A stretch of DNA of 64,000 bases from Psammoneis japonica. Its lineage: Eukaryota. The position numbers were made by a program, and so were the translations under genes. The stretch is from positions 434,001 to 498,000 of the forward strand of contig QPGO01000002.1 in the NCBI GenBank assembly GCA_008632985.1, in the 5' to 3' direction. Shown in pieces: positions 20,907-32,610 of this stretch (positions within the stretch are counted from its first letter, which is position 1; each line of letters begins with the position of its first letter). The notes under the pieces were generated by a model. That model was not told the DNA's origin. It ran no database searches and saw only the letters and a list, made by a program, of their open reading frames with translations.

Positions 20907-23897
20907 ATGCTTGTATCAAAATCAATGAGTAAAGTCTTCTTCTTCTGCCTCTTTCTGTGCCTCTCGTTCTTGGGTGTATCCTCCGTTGCTTTAGCTGAAG
21001 GCGATGCATCCGGCACATCAGTGGAAGAGAAGGTAGATATCTTCCGCTATTGGTTTGAGGGAAACGGAGGATTCATTTCTCCGTCGGTTGGCATTGAAGC
21101 GCTGAAGGACTACAATGGCTTGGGGTTGGTGGCAAAACCGACGATTCCGGGCGCAGAGAAGAATAGGAGTCAACTGACAGTGTCGGCAATCCAGCAGCTA
21201 GACGTTCTCGTATCAGTCCCCGATAAGCTCTTTATGCACGCCAACGAAACAGTTGAAGCATTCGAGAAATGGATCGAAGCATCGCACGAAAAAGAAGTTC
21301 AAGATACGCCGGAATCTTCATCAAATGAAACAATTATTGACAAGTTCGGTAGCATCTTATCCGCTCTGGAACAAGAAACCCAGCAAAACATCATCTTGGC
21401 TATTCGATTGATGATTGAGCAGTGCTTTCATTCTACTTCTGACTTTGCTCCCTACTTGGATATTCTCCCGCAGACATTGGCTCCGAGGTTTGACACGTTT
21501 AGCGAACTCGAATGGGATTCTCTTCTGCTTGAAAACATTGACACGTTTTCTTACATGAAGCAGACAGTTGATGATCGAAAGGAGGTACTAAGGTCGGCTT
21601 TCTCTGAAATTGAAGCTCTAGGGTTGTGGGATGTGCTCACAAAGGGAAGGGCTAACCTGGACAGGGAAAATGATCAGAACATAACCATGGATGGTGACTT
21701 TTGCTCTTTTGATTGGTTGAACTTCCACCACTTTCTCGCCATTGTGGAGTCTCGTGTCATGAGCATGGATGGAGGCCCGGTGCACGTGATGATGCCCATG
21801 GCAGACCTGCTGAACCACTCGCCATCACCTCCAGCCGGCTCTCTGACAAAAGACGGTAACATGTACTACCAAGGTCCGTTTGGGCTCTATCACAACTTTA
21901 ATGAGGACAACACGGTCTACAACGTTCGTGCAGATCGCCCGGTGCTACCGAACCAGCAAATCTTTGAAGACTACGGCCCCTTTCTTGTTGGTCATTTTGT
22001 GGAAACTGGTGGATTTGTTCCTGACGAATACACGGATCCAGAAGGCCCATACATTACCCAACAGCACTACGTAACTATTCCAACGTCATACTTATGGGAT
22101 GGAGAGAAGGATTCAAGCAATTACTATCTCAGGAACGCAACTCGCGACGATTTCGTACCCAAACATGTTTGGGTTCGGGCGGATGGAAGTTTGGCAAGCA
22201 ATCGCGATGCGGGTCGCTTGGCCATGATTGCAATGTCACGTGACGACGATGGGCCGGATAGACCGTGTTTTGAGGCCCTTGACCATGAAGAACCCGATCG
22301 TGAGTTGGTGCGGGCGCTCTGTACTCGATATCAAGGCGCGGAGGAACGAGTGCACAACATGCTGCAGGGAGCAGCGAGAAGGCTGTTGGACTCGGCGCAA
22401 ACAAGTGTGGAACAGGACATTGAGTACTTCGCTTCTCTCTCATCCTGGATACCTGAAGGCGTTAGTATTGAGCGAGCAAACGTTGCAATTCAACTACGCA
22501 TTATTGACAAGCACGTCCTCAATCTACTGGCTAAAGGTTTCTCGGCGGCGGGCATTGGAAAAGATTCGATCGACCAGTGTAGTGGGAGCGAAACAGGATT
22601 TTGTGGTACTGTTCCTGTCGAAGATGGTTCTCCAAGACGCCTCACTCAAAACGATATTGATTCTTTCAACTCGTTTATTGAATCGTTTTCTCCAAATGTG
22701 TCAAAAGTCGAAGTGAGATTTATTGGCGACAGTGGTATGAGGGCTGGAGTTGTTGCCAAGGAGGATATCAAGCAAGGTGAGGTTTACTTCTCATACCCCA
22801 TCTCGGGTACTGTAAGTCGACATCATCTATCCTTTCCAAAAAACCCAGCGCTTGAGGCTGTGGTGCAAACTATGGATCGAGAGAACGATTGTGAGCACTG
22901 CTTAGAGATATTTCTGATGTATGAGTACTTTGTTTTACGGGAGGAGAGTCGGTGGTGGCCATATCTAAACTTGATTCCATCGCCGGAAGAAGTGAAAGTG
23001 ATGTATCCGTTCTTCTTAAGAAAGGAGCAATTGGAGATGCTAGCCGGATCTGATACTCGAGGCTACATGTTGAATCGCCAGAAGCATGCTCGTGATATCT
23101 TCGAGATGTTGTCCACGAACGTGGATCTAGTTGAAGCTATGGGACCTTCTATCATGCTTGATATGGAGAAATATATTTGGGCTTTCAATATTCACCGTAC
23201 GCGTGGAATCCCCTTGAACGTCGAATCGCACTTGCATCCCCTGGTTGATAACATCAATTGCGATGAGCGTCCCAATGACGACGGGGAACTCATGTGGGAG
23301 CACGACGTGAAGCTGAACGATGAAGGAACGGCGAGTGTGTCGACGGCCCCACGTAGCTTTAACGAAGGAGACCGCGTCGAGGAAAACTACGCGCAGTCAA
23401 ACTACGTGTATATGACACATCACGGCTTCCTGTTGGAGAACAACAGTTATGATTGCGCGCTTGTCGACAGCTTATCGATTCCAACGTTGATTCTCTCGCA
23501 AAATGAAACAGAAGATTGTTTGAAACGACTTTCGGAGATCGACGTCGACTCTCTAAGTCCTTCTTTCTGTATTGGGGGCATCCATGGCGACTCGCTCGAC
23601 AAGGTTGCCAAATTCCTCATAATCAAGGCGGAGATGGAGAAAGCACAAGATGAAAGCAGTGATGTTGTAGATGGTTACGATCTGCTCAGGAAGTTTCTTG
23701 ACGAAAGGATCCACCGGCATGAAGTTCTTGGCAAGCACAGGTTGGGGATGCGCAATGAAGTTCCCCTTGAGTCACTCTCACGGACTGAGCTAAACATGCT
23801 TCGTTTTATGCGCAAAGAGAAGTTGCTGTTTGAAGAAGCGAGAGAGCAGCTGGACATGCTTCTTGACAAACGATCCAACCAGTCGTCTATAGAATAA
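20907..23897 (+). CDS. Signal-peptide-bearing protein with two SET (Rubisco-LSMT-like) lysine methyltransferase domains
   Basis: 996-aa ORF with hydrophobic N-terminus (alternative start 20925). GLGLVA...FAPYLDILP...MPMADLLNHS...QIFEDYG and RAGVVAKEDI...WWPYLNLIP...PLVDNINC...VEENY...HGF. Confidence 0.9.
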   Translation: MLVSKSMSKVFFFCLFLCLSFLGVSSVALAEGDASGTSVEEKVDIFRYWFEGNGGFISPSVGIEALKDYNGLGLVAKPTIPGAEKNRSQLTVSAIQQLDVLVSVPDKLFMHANETVEAFEKWIEASHEKEVQDTPESSSNETIIDKFGSILSALEQETQQNIILAIRLMIEQCFHSTSDFAPYLDILPQTLAPRFDTFSELEWDSLLLENIDTFSYMKQTVDDRKEVLRSAFSEIEALGLWDVLTKGRANLDRENDQNITMDGDFCSFDWLNFHHFLAIVESRVMSMDGGPVHVMMPMADLLNHSPSPPAGSLTKDGNMYYQGPFGLYHNFNEDNTVYNVRADRPVLPNQQIFEDYGPFLVGHFVETGGFVPDEYTDPEGPYITQQHYVTIPTSYLWDGEKDSSNYYLRNATRDDFVPKHVWVRADGSLASNRDAGRLAMIAMSRDDDGPDRPCFEALDHEEPDRELVRALCTRYQGAEERVHNMLQGAARRLLDSAQTSVEQDIEYFASLSSWIPEGVSIERANVAIQLRIIDKHVLNLLAKGFSAAGIGKDSIDQCSGSETGFCGTVPVEDGSPRRLTQNDIDSFNSFIESFSPNVSKVEVRFIGDSGMRAGVVAKEDIKQGEVYFSYPISGTVSRHHLSFPKNPALEAVVQTMDRENDCEHCLEIFLMYEYFVLREESRWWPYLNLIPSPEEVKVMYPFFLRKEQLEMLAGSDTRGYMLNRQKHARDIFEMLSTNVDLVEAMGPSIMLDMEKYIWAFNIHRTRGIPLNVESHLHPLVDNINCDERPNDDGELMWEHDVKLNDEGTASVSTAPRSFNEGDRVEENYAQSNYVYMTHHGFLLENNSYDCALVDSLSIPTLILSQNETEDCLKRLSEIDVDSLSPSFCIGGIHGDSLDKVAKFLIIKAEMEKAQDESSDVVDGYDLLRKFLDERIHRHEVLGKHRLGMRNEVPLESLSRTELNMLRFMRKEKLLFEEAREQLDMLLDKRSNQSSIE

Positions 23898-24374
23898 GTT
23901 AGTTTTATTAGGAATCAAAATCACACATGCGGCTGCTTTTGAAACACTTGCTGTTATCAAATAATAAAAACTCGATTCCGCGGTGAACATACGCATCGCC
24001 TTTTTCCACTTCCGCCCGATTTGTTTTAGCACATCATGAAGCAGAAGAATTCCACAGACACCAACCATTAAGTTCGAGATTTCTCTCATCGCTTACGGAC
24101 CGTGGCCTTTGTGTTTCGTTTCGAGAATCACTTGCAAAACCTGCTTTGAAACCATTAAAATCAAATCAAATGGAAGCTCCGTATGGACGCCGGCAGCGAG
24201 TCTTTGTCATCCTACATTGATTTGCTGGGTGTTCCCCGGAAGTTTGTGCTAACGGGCAACAAGACGGGAGCTGGCGAAGGGGAGGAAGAAGATTGAAGAG
24301 GCAGCGGACAGGACGGATTATCACGCACAAAGGATTCCAATGATAAAGAGATGCCCCAGCAGCAAAAACTGTAA

Positions 24375-25505
24375 TTATTGTCTTATTGTTCTCCGTTGTG
24401 TCTCAATGCTTCTGAAGACATATCCGGTCAATCTTTTTTTTAACCCTGTCTCAGTGCACGTCATTGCCTCCATCGCACTGTTACAGAGCACCTGCTTGCA
24501 ACGCAGACTGCGATATACGACTCGCATTGCATCAGAGGAAACTTGCGCAATCCATTCATTTCCTGGGGTTTCCATGCCGATCTGCCCCGGGATCGATACT
24601 CCAGCATAACGGGTCTCGTATGTATATCTTGATGCCATTAGAAAACATTGGAACATCATCACTTTGAACACCCAATTACTTGTATAAATCAAAAAAGAGC
24701 TGGAACTTGTAATGATATGAGCACTTCATACGAGACAAGCCCAACGTCATCCCTAGACGTTCCAGTGCCTCCACAAACAGCTTTGTTGCTACCAAATCTT
24801 CCTTGAGCGCATCATGACGCCGAGGCTGATACTTGAGTTTGCCCATGAAGTGAGCAAAGTCGTCTCTTACAATAATGATTGTTTTCGCTTGTACGCCACG
24901 GCGGCTTTACCACTGCGCATGAAAAGGTTGGATTCAGTATAAAACGCTGAAGCATTTTATGTCTAGTTTTGATGCCGGTTTCCTTAAAACAACGAGGATT
25001 TATCGACTCCTTTCGCTTAATGAAGGGCCACGACGAGCATTCTACAGGAGGAATGATAATAATAATGGGCAAGGTAGGATTCATCCTGAGTGGCATTCCA
25101 ACTGGCAAAGACACCTTCAATAAGACGACTGTCGAATAGTTGTTGTTTTTGCGCACCAATTCTCCAAAAGATTCAACTTTTTTTGCCCCAATACCGCTTC
25201 GGCCATTGCATTCGCTAGAATGATGTGCCAGATGATTTTAAACCAATAGCCGTACAGAGTTGCATGGGTAGCACAGCTCTATCATTGGGTTCGTCGTTGT
25301 GTCCGATTACTGACAGAGTTGTTTCATCATTTGAATAAATAACCGTGGGAGTTGCTCCCGTTGGTAGTAACCTTCTGAAGTTCTCGTCAAGCAATACAAC
25401 ATTGAAGGCTGCCAGCACAATCGAAGCGCAAAAAACGACAGCTGCACCTCGAGCAACAATCTTCACACCCAAAGTGCTTCTATCTTGCTCTGTACCAGAT
25501 ATCAA
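24375..25505 (-). CDS. Possible type II membrane protein in fragments (unresolved introns or pseudogene)
   Basis: N-terminal TM-like segment (25215-25505) and further same-strand ORF pieces (24812-25159, 24375-24692). No family recognised. Confidence 0.3.
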
Positions 25506-25592
25506 TCATAATGGGGGGTAGCAGTTGTTGCTGATATGACAGGAGGGAGCACGATTGCAAATTTTCTGGGTTTGCCCACGTCCGATGACAAG

Positions 25593-26987
25593 CTAAACAT
25601 TGCTGTCAGGAGAGCCACCTCCGTCACCATTTAATTCATATAATTCTTGTGGTAACTCCCACAAGTCAAACCCCTTGAGATCATCGCGGTAACAATCGAG
25701 TCCACGGCCCTGTCTGTATCTCTCCAGGACGCGCTCACGAAGAGCAAAGGCAGCAGCTGGTCCATCCGTTCGATAAATGGCGAGATAAATGTCTTCGTAG
25801 ACCAAAAGTGCCATTCCGTGTTCATCTACATCGTTTGTGTCATCTCCAAACGGATCATCCAGAGCCATTGAGACATATTCAATGCCAATAAAACCAAAGG
25901 AAACGAGAAGGACGATGAATAGGGAACTCCAGATCCGATACTCTTTCAATAGCACCATCGGCAATGTGTACACCCAGAAAAAGAGAAAGGCGCGAGTCAT
26001 TTGTACCAACGGAAACGGATATGGCGTAAAGATGAGCACTCGAAAGCTGTGAAAGGCGTCGTTGAATATAGAGACGAAATTCATCAAATCTCTGTACTCG
26101 TTAACTGCCATCTTGTAACCGAGAAAATATGGGTGTTCCATTATGACTCGTTGCAACACATGTTGGAAAGTAATTGGCGCCCGAAAGTTTTCATCAATCA
26201 TGGATCGTCTCCCATGAGTGAGCTCACGAAATCGAAAGAAATGCTCCGAGACGTCATCGTCATCGCTGTCGCCCGGTTGGTACTTGAAATATTCTTCTTC
26301 CCACTTGTCTCGCTCGGTGGAACTCCATAGGAGGGCGTCCATGGTAACCCTCAAGAGCAGAATGGTGCGGTAGGATACATCTTGTCTCCATTGCTTTGCA
26401 TCTTCAGTTTGTGTTTGAAACGTGTAAACCGTCGCATACTGAACGAGTTCACGACAGCTCCGGTATGTGACAGCCAAGTGCCGTCTGAAATCCATGAATC
26501 TATCGTAAGAGATTTTTGATCGACTGACAATCAAGAACGATACCAACAAACCCATAAAGGAATGACCAATGGAGCTGTGAAATGTCAAATCGACTATATT
26601 GTTCTGCTTCAAAAAGACCACCATGAAGGTCCAACCAACATTGACGACGCAAAACGGCAAGACTTGAGGAAAGGCAGAGCCATACATTTTAAAGAGTACC
26701 TGAATATGGTTCTGAGCTGTATATGACACTCGGTGTACGCGATAGCCACTCTTCTTTTTGGGTTTTGTGTCGTCGAAACTGTTGCTATTTTGTTCATTGT
26801 TTCTTCGCTTTTCTGGAGTGAAAACTCGTAGAGATTTTTTCAATGGCGAATCTTCGCCAATCGCGACGTTGTCATCTGCAGCGTAAAGAGTCGGATTTCG
26901 CACAGAGGAGGTAGCTGCAAGTGTTTGACTATACAAACCCAATAGTGGATCGCTTTCGTCTCTGTAATGACGGCTCTTTTTCCCCAT
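25593..26987 (-). CDS. Bestrophin (UPF0187/RFP-TM) anion channel
   Basis: LLVSFLIVSR...SYDRF, TPYPFPLVQM, FGFIGIEYVSMALDDPFGDDTND; four hydrophobic segments. Start taken at MGKKS. Confidence 0.92.
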   Translation of the reverse strand: MGKKSRHYRDESDPLLGLYSQTLAATSSVRNPTLYAADDNVAIGEDSPLKKSLRVFTPEKRRNNEQNSNSFDDTKPKKKSGYRVHRVSYTAQNHIQVLFKMYGSAFPQVLPFCVVNVGWTFMVVFLKQNNIVDLTFHSSIGHSFMGLLVSFLIVSRSKISYDRFMDFRRHLAVTYRSCRELVQYATVYTFQTQTEDAKQWRQDVSYRTILLLRVTMDALLWSSTERDKWEEEYFKYQPGDSDDDDVSEHFFRFRELTHGRRSMIDENFRAPITFQHVLQRVIMEHPYFLGYKMAVNEYRDLMNFVSIFNDAFHSFRVLIFTPYPFPLVQMTRAFLFFWVYTLPMVLLKEYRIWSSLFIVLLVSFGFIGIEYVSMALDDPFGDDTNDVDEHGMALLVYEDIYLAIYRTDGPAAAFALRERVLERYRQGRGLDCYRDDLKGFDLWELPQELYELNGDGGGSPDSNV

Positions 26988-27849
26988 GGTGCCGAACAAC
27001 TCTCACAACTTCTGTTGTTTGGTGCGGAAGAAGTGAGAAAGAAGCAAGAAAAGCGTGGGGCGGCGGGTGGCGCGGGTTCCATCATCGCGCGCAAACTGCT
27101 ACCAGTAATGCGAAAGCGCGCCACAATGCAGCAAGCTTGGGTTTCTTGTTGTGCTGCAGCTGGAGCATCATGTGTGGCTCTCTTCCAGCCAACAGCATGG
27201 GTTGCTTTGCTTGTTTTCGACCAAATGCGCAAACAGCTGCCAGCCAGCCCAGAGCAAACTTGCTTGCATGTGCTTGCCAGTGCCTGCTGGAGCTGAGTTG
27301 TGCCTGTCACTGGCAGTCTTTCCTTGTTGACCTGCAAGAGAGGGTTGTTTGCAGAGCTGCCTGGGCCCTGCATGGTGTGTTGGCAGAAAAGCAAGAGAAA
27401 GGGAGCACCACTCGTTGGGGGGGGCATTGCCCTCAAAGGTCTCACAACAGCTCTTTTGCACACCAGGCATCATGTGGCAGCACACACTGTCTCTTTCTCC
27501 ACCAAGTTTTTTGCTGCCCTCCCTGCCTTCTTGCCAGAGCAGGTGTTGAAACAAAAACATTTTGGTGGGTGGTGGTGGCAACCAGCAGCAGCAGTGGCAG
27601 CAGCAAAAGTGTCATTGCCAAGAAATGGCTTTTTTTCATGTCGGTGTGGCAACTGGCTGCATGCAAAGCAGAGCAGGCTTGTGGCTGCCTCAAATCCAAA
27701 GAGAGGCTGGCCAGCTTGGCACTCAAAGCAAGAGATCCCCAAACCCTGCTCTTTGGCAGACCCACCTGGGGCTCTCATTGTGCTGCAGCTGGAGCACCCT
27801 GCTGCTTGCCAGCCACTCTCTTCCAACACGACAACTGGCCAACATCGCA

Positions 27850-28125
27850 TGACAGAAATTGAAGGCAAATGGCAAGAATTCAAACAACAACTCCTCACTG
27901 CTGTCTAAACAGCAGATGAGTCTCCGCTCAGAGACCGTTGCAGGAGCCGAAGGATGTGTGAGTCGGCACAATCGGGCTGCTGTTGTCATTCTTGTGAGCC
28001 TTGTGGCTCGAAAGCAAACTACATCGCGCGTGAACGCGTGGAACCAAAGCACACAAAACTGTGCACGGCAAACCAAACAGCGCGCGATGCTTCGCGCGCA
28101 CCTGAATCCTGTTCAAATCCTGTCA
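27850..28125 (-). repeat. 3' LTR (hypermutated copy)
   Basis: Aligns without gaps to 33552-33827 with 14 substitutions. Confidence 0.95.
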
Positions 28126-28139
28126 CTCCCCAGTTTGCT

Positions 28140-28510
28140 TGAGGAGCCACAGAAACAGATTCGACTTTGGATGGAATGAAGTTCCAGAACATGAGGGGGC
28201 GGAGAAGGTCCCAGATTTGGGAGCAACCCCAATGCTTGCTGAGAATGTCAGCAGGGTTGCGGGAGCCTTCGATGAAGTGGAACTCAAGGCAACCAGAGGC
28301 AATTGCCTCACGCACACGGTGGAACGACAGTGCGGTGTGTCGCTTGTGTAACTTGGAGTGTGGGATGGTGGCACTGTCTACAACCGACTTGTTGTCACCG
28401 AACATGCAACCAACGTTACGGATCGGGACGCCAAGGCAGCACAGGGTGATGCGCAGGTCGACAATCTGCTCAACACAAGTCCTTGCGGCAACAAATTCAG
28501 ACCCGTGATG
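28140..28510 (-). pseudogene. Copia RNase H C-terminal part
   Basis: HGSEFVAARTCVEQIVDLR...LGVP...CMFGDNKSVV...LHKRH.ALSFHRVREAIA...NPADILSKHWGC. Confidence 0.9.
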
Positions 28511-29616
28511 TTGTAGCTGGAGCCTTTCCAGGTTGGGTCGTGAGGCTTCAGAGGTCCTTCGTGTGACACGATGCGTCGAAATTTCCAAACAGTGGTGTCT
28601 TCGTCTTCTTGCTCAATGTGATTCATGATGTCATTGCAGGCAAGGACTTCCTCGTATTCGTCATTGTTGACAGAGCAGACGAACTTAGTGAGCTCGGGAT
28701 TGCCGTTCACTTTCCATTCATGGTCTTCGATGGCCTTGACGATGCGAGCTCTGTGGCGTTGTCCGTCCTCTTGTGGCTGCATGAGGAAGGTGCGTCCAAT
28801 GATGTCTTGCGGATCGAAAACTGGCATCTTGGGTGTCCTGATCTCCCCATCAGGAGAGTCGACGGGGTTGTCGTCATGGCGAGATTTGATGATGGGTTCA
28901 GGTGGCTCCCCATCAGGAGGATCAAGACGCAGGTTTCGGACGGCAGGATCGGGGGCAGCGGAGCGGATGTTGGACCGGCAGAGGATCTTCTGATTCTCGT
29001 CAGATAGAATCTTGAAGGTCATCTGGTGGCCGACGTGCTCAGCAATGCCAACGAAGCGTCCACGCAACTCACGGGATTCGGACGGCCAATCGGAGTCATC
29101 GAGGTGGAAGCACACGGGTTCCCACCAGTGAAAGCGAAGCAATGGGCTGATGTCCGGGGTGGAGCCAGTGAGAGTCTCAAGGGGCGTGCGCCAGTGGAGA
29201 CGTGGGGACGCTGCATGGTTGAGTGTGAAGCACACGCACATGAGCGCCAGCAGCCATGCATGGGCGGGCGAACCAAAACGATCCATGACAGTGTTCGCCA
29301 TGCGCTTCACGGTCTGGTGTCGACGCTCGGCAAAGTTTTGGTGTTGCTGGTGAGGCTCACTTTGCCAGCTAGAGATGAAGAGGGCGCGCAGGATCCCGAG
29401 CACTTTGTTGCTGATCTCAACTTGAGCACGGTCGCCAATGAGTTTGGATGGGGCACCACGTTCACGGATCTGATCCTCGAGTGTGTTGACAAACTCTTTG
29501 TCCGTCTTAGTGCCGTAGACGTCAGTGACGGCAGACTCGGTGCCAACAAACAGTTGGGCACTGGTGCAACCAGAGTCGACGGCCGGGGTGTCGGCATGAA
29601 CGGTGTCAGTGGCGAA
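28510..29616 (-). pseudogene. Copia integrase core and downstream linker
   Basis: ATDTV...AQLFVG...RGAPSKLIGDRAQVE...SEPHQQHQNFAERR...GRFVGIAEHVGH. Ends at WKGSSYNI, joined directly to RNase H. Confidence 0.9.
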
Positions 29617-29925
29617 GATCCTTGAACATGTGGGGTTCTTGACCGTTGACCGATGAACAGGCATGTCAAGGGATGAGGATCAAGGACAGACTTGGATGTG
29701 ACCGTTGAATGCATGTCTTCAGCGATCAAAGGTGGCACAATCAAACCAGATGTCCAGCGGTAAGGAGACTTGACGGTGACGTTAACTTCCTGCCGATGCC
29801 CTGGCATTGGATGCGCGTAGACTTGCCGATGCATGTAGAATGTGTGCGGAGGTCCACGCAGAATTGAAATGGCGTCGCTGGCAAATCAACGACGACGATG
29901 GCGGTTGCTCAATGGGTTGACAATG
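29615..29925. repeat. Internal duplicate of the element's 5'-UTR segment (33225-33535)
   Basis: Ungapped 311-bp alignment at an offset of 3610 bp. Confidence 0.93.
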
Positions 29926-32610
29926 TTTGGGGTTAGTGCCGTAGACGTCAGTGACGGTAGACTCGGTGCCAACAAACAGTTGGGCGCTGGTGCAACCAGA
30001 GTCGATGGCCGGGGTGTTGGCACAAACGGTGTCAGTGGCGATGGGCTCGTTGCGGCGGTGCACATTAAGGGCGGGGTTGGGTGATTTGCAGGCCTTGCGA
30101 AGGTGTGTACCGGCGGGCATGCGGGCGCACTGCGTGGTGCAGTCAAAAGTACGACGGACCGCATCGGCAGGCAGGAAGCCAAAGCAAGGCCGAAGAGACT
30201 CGAAGGGGGGGTCCTTGGGCTGTACAGTGCGCTCCGGAGGTGGAACATCATCGCCCTGGGGGCCAATCGCATGCAGATGACACTCGTAGAACACGTCGTC
30301 GTTCGGAATGAGGTGATCATCGAGGGCGGACGCGTGATCGGCAGACAAGGAAGCGGACATGATGGTCTCGTTGACAACGACACGATGACGGCAGTTGCCG
30401 CATTCATCAAACAGGTTGGCAGTGGGATCGTCCTGTGGGTCAGAGATCGCGTCGCACCACTGGTCGTCGTCAGTGACAGAGTGATCGAGGACGGAAGGGT
30501 CCCATGTGTCATCACCGGTGAGGATGACATGGGGCAGGGTGTCCCATTCGGCGTCAGTGTAAGGTCGCATGGCAACACAAGGCAGGCCAGCCTTGATGTC
30601 AATGGGGATGACACAGCCATCAGGAGTGGCAATGCGTTGCAAGCCGTTGGGCACCTTGACAGAGCAATCGTTGACATCCTGTTTGCACCATTCGAGCTGG
30701 CCGCAGGAATGGATGGTCTTGCCCTTGCCCGTGTGTGCGTGCTGATGGAGTGTGGCGATGACGGGACCACGCTGGGTCTCAACAACGGCGCCAGCGGTGA
30801 CAATGGGGATGTCCACCAATTGATGATCGTCAATGCCCTGAACGTCGACTTGGCGAGAGGTGCGTGCAATGACGCGAACGTCGTCGCCAGCAATGCCGCC
30901 GTTGGCCCCACGATCGACTAGAGCGCCAGTGCGTGTGGAGCGATGAGCAGAAGCAGAGTAAATGACATTGTGGTTGTCAACGCGGCGGCAAGTGCGACCG
31001 TCAAGTTCTGTGTCATCTGCAGAAGCTGGCGGGGTAGAGGAAGCGGCGGATGGCCCCAGTCGACTGGCATTGGGGGCTTGGTTAGGAGACAACAGACGTT
31101 GCAGATCACCGGGTGGCAGTGGCTTGCGCTTGGTGAGGTGCGCCAGGATGGGATCATCCGAAGTGGCGTCCACATGTGGAGCGGAGTCACCAGAGTCAGC
31201 AGGAGTCGTGTTGGACAAGTTGACATCACCGTCACTCCCAAGGCGTTGGTCGTGAAGGTTGGCCGTAACAGACTCATGGCAGTTGCTGGCTCGCGGGTTG
31301 CGGGGAGGTGGACGAGAATGCTCAAGGATGATCGCCTTGGAGGAATCGGGCAACGAATCCCAGAGCCATTGGTGGTCGGGAGGGAGACGTCTCCATTGGA
31401 CACCGGCGAGGCTGGGACCGCGGGTGCAGGCAGCATTGGCTTGAAGGACGTCAACATTGCTGTCAATGTCGTAGAACACATCGTCGGACGGTTCCTCGGA
31501 GCAGACGTCGTGTGCGTGTGTGGCGCGTCGGGGAGCTCGAGGTGTCGTCTTGGGTTGAAACGTGCTGTCGTGCTGAGCTGCGGCGGAGAGGAGCAAGCCA
31601 CAGCATTGATCGCATGTGAGGCTCTTGCCACTCTGCGTACGATGCTGATCAGCTTGGTTCTTGACAGCACGGAGTTCCTCGACAGGGTGCACGGCATTCT
31701 CGAGCATGACGCGCTTCTGTCCTTCAGAGAAGTGGTCACTGGCCGGGATGAGTGCCTCGCACTTGCGCAACTGATCTTGCCAATGAAGGATGAACCCGTG
31801 GGTCGGACCTTTCCAAGTGCCATCACCAAGACGCGCGGTGGTGAGGTGCATGAGCAGGGTGGAGGACTCGACAGATGCGCGGGTGGAGGCAAGCGCATGC
31901 TCAGACAAGGAGCGGCAGACGGTCTGTGCGTCAGAAGACCCCACATTTTCGCGAATGAGAGCCTTGCCCTTGTCGGTGAGAAGGATGCGTTCGAAGACGG
32001 CGAACATGCACTTTTGCTGTTCAGCAAAGAGCAGTTTGTCTTCGGGGCTGGTCGGTTTGTACGACGAGTCTAGAGTGCACTCGACGTCTTGGGCACGGGC
32101 TTGTGCCACAAGTGAGGTGTGCCAAGTGTGCCACTGCTTGTCGGATTTGAGAGCCGTGAAAGCGGTGGGATCACGCTTGATGCCTCGCTTGAAGTCCCGC
32201 ACCGGGTCGCGTGCCTTGGTCGGGTTGGTGACATGTGGAGGTGCAAGGGGTGAGCTGCCGATGGACACAGAAGACATGCAGTCGGGGCTGAGGCGGCAGG
32301 CAAGGAACTCGTCATGCGTGAACAAAGAGGAGTCGTTGGCAACGTCAAGACCTTTGTGTGCTTTGACAATGCACAGACTGACTGGTGCTGCTAACATGTT
32401 CTCATAACCACGGGGCAAAGGGATTGCATTGGCGCCGTTGTCGCGCTCAAGCGAGTCGATTTGGGACGGCATGAACGTGAACAGTTCCTGATGCGAGTCC
32501 GTGCCGTCTTGGGCCAAAGCCAAATGAAGAGGACTCCCAGCACCTTGGGCAAGCACGGTTCCAACCACGTGCTCGAAACCATCGGTTTGTTGCTGACGAG
32601 TGAGAACCAT
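29926..32610 (-). pseudogene. Copia gag-protease-pre-integrase polyprotein region
   Basis: Long ORF from MVLTRQQ with FKRGIKRD, protease-like ALVDRGANGG and LPHVILT...WDPSVLD. Breaks after TDVYGT, where a 5'-UTR copy is inserted. Confidence 0.88.

Noticed and set aside
28609..32407. Long plus-strand ORFs over the copia element
   Set aside because: Antisense shadows of gag-pol, lengthened by TA loss.
27850..32610. CpG deamination as the sole cause of TG/CA excess
   Set aside because: CpG is largely intact in the copia element while TA is lost; paired differences are mostly TA versus TG/CA.
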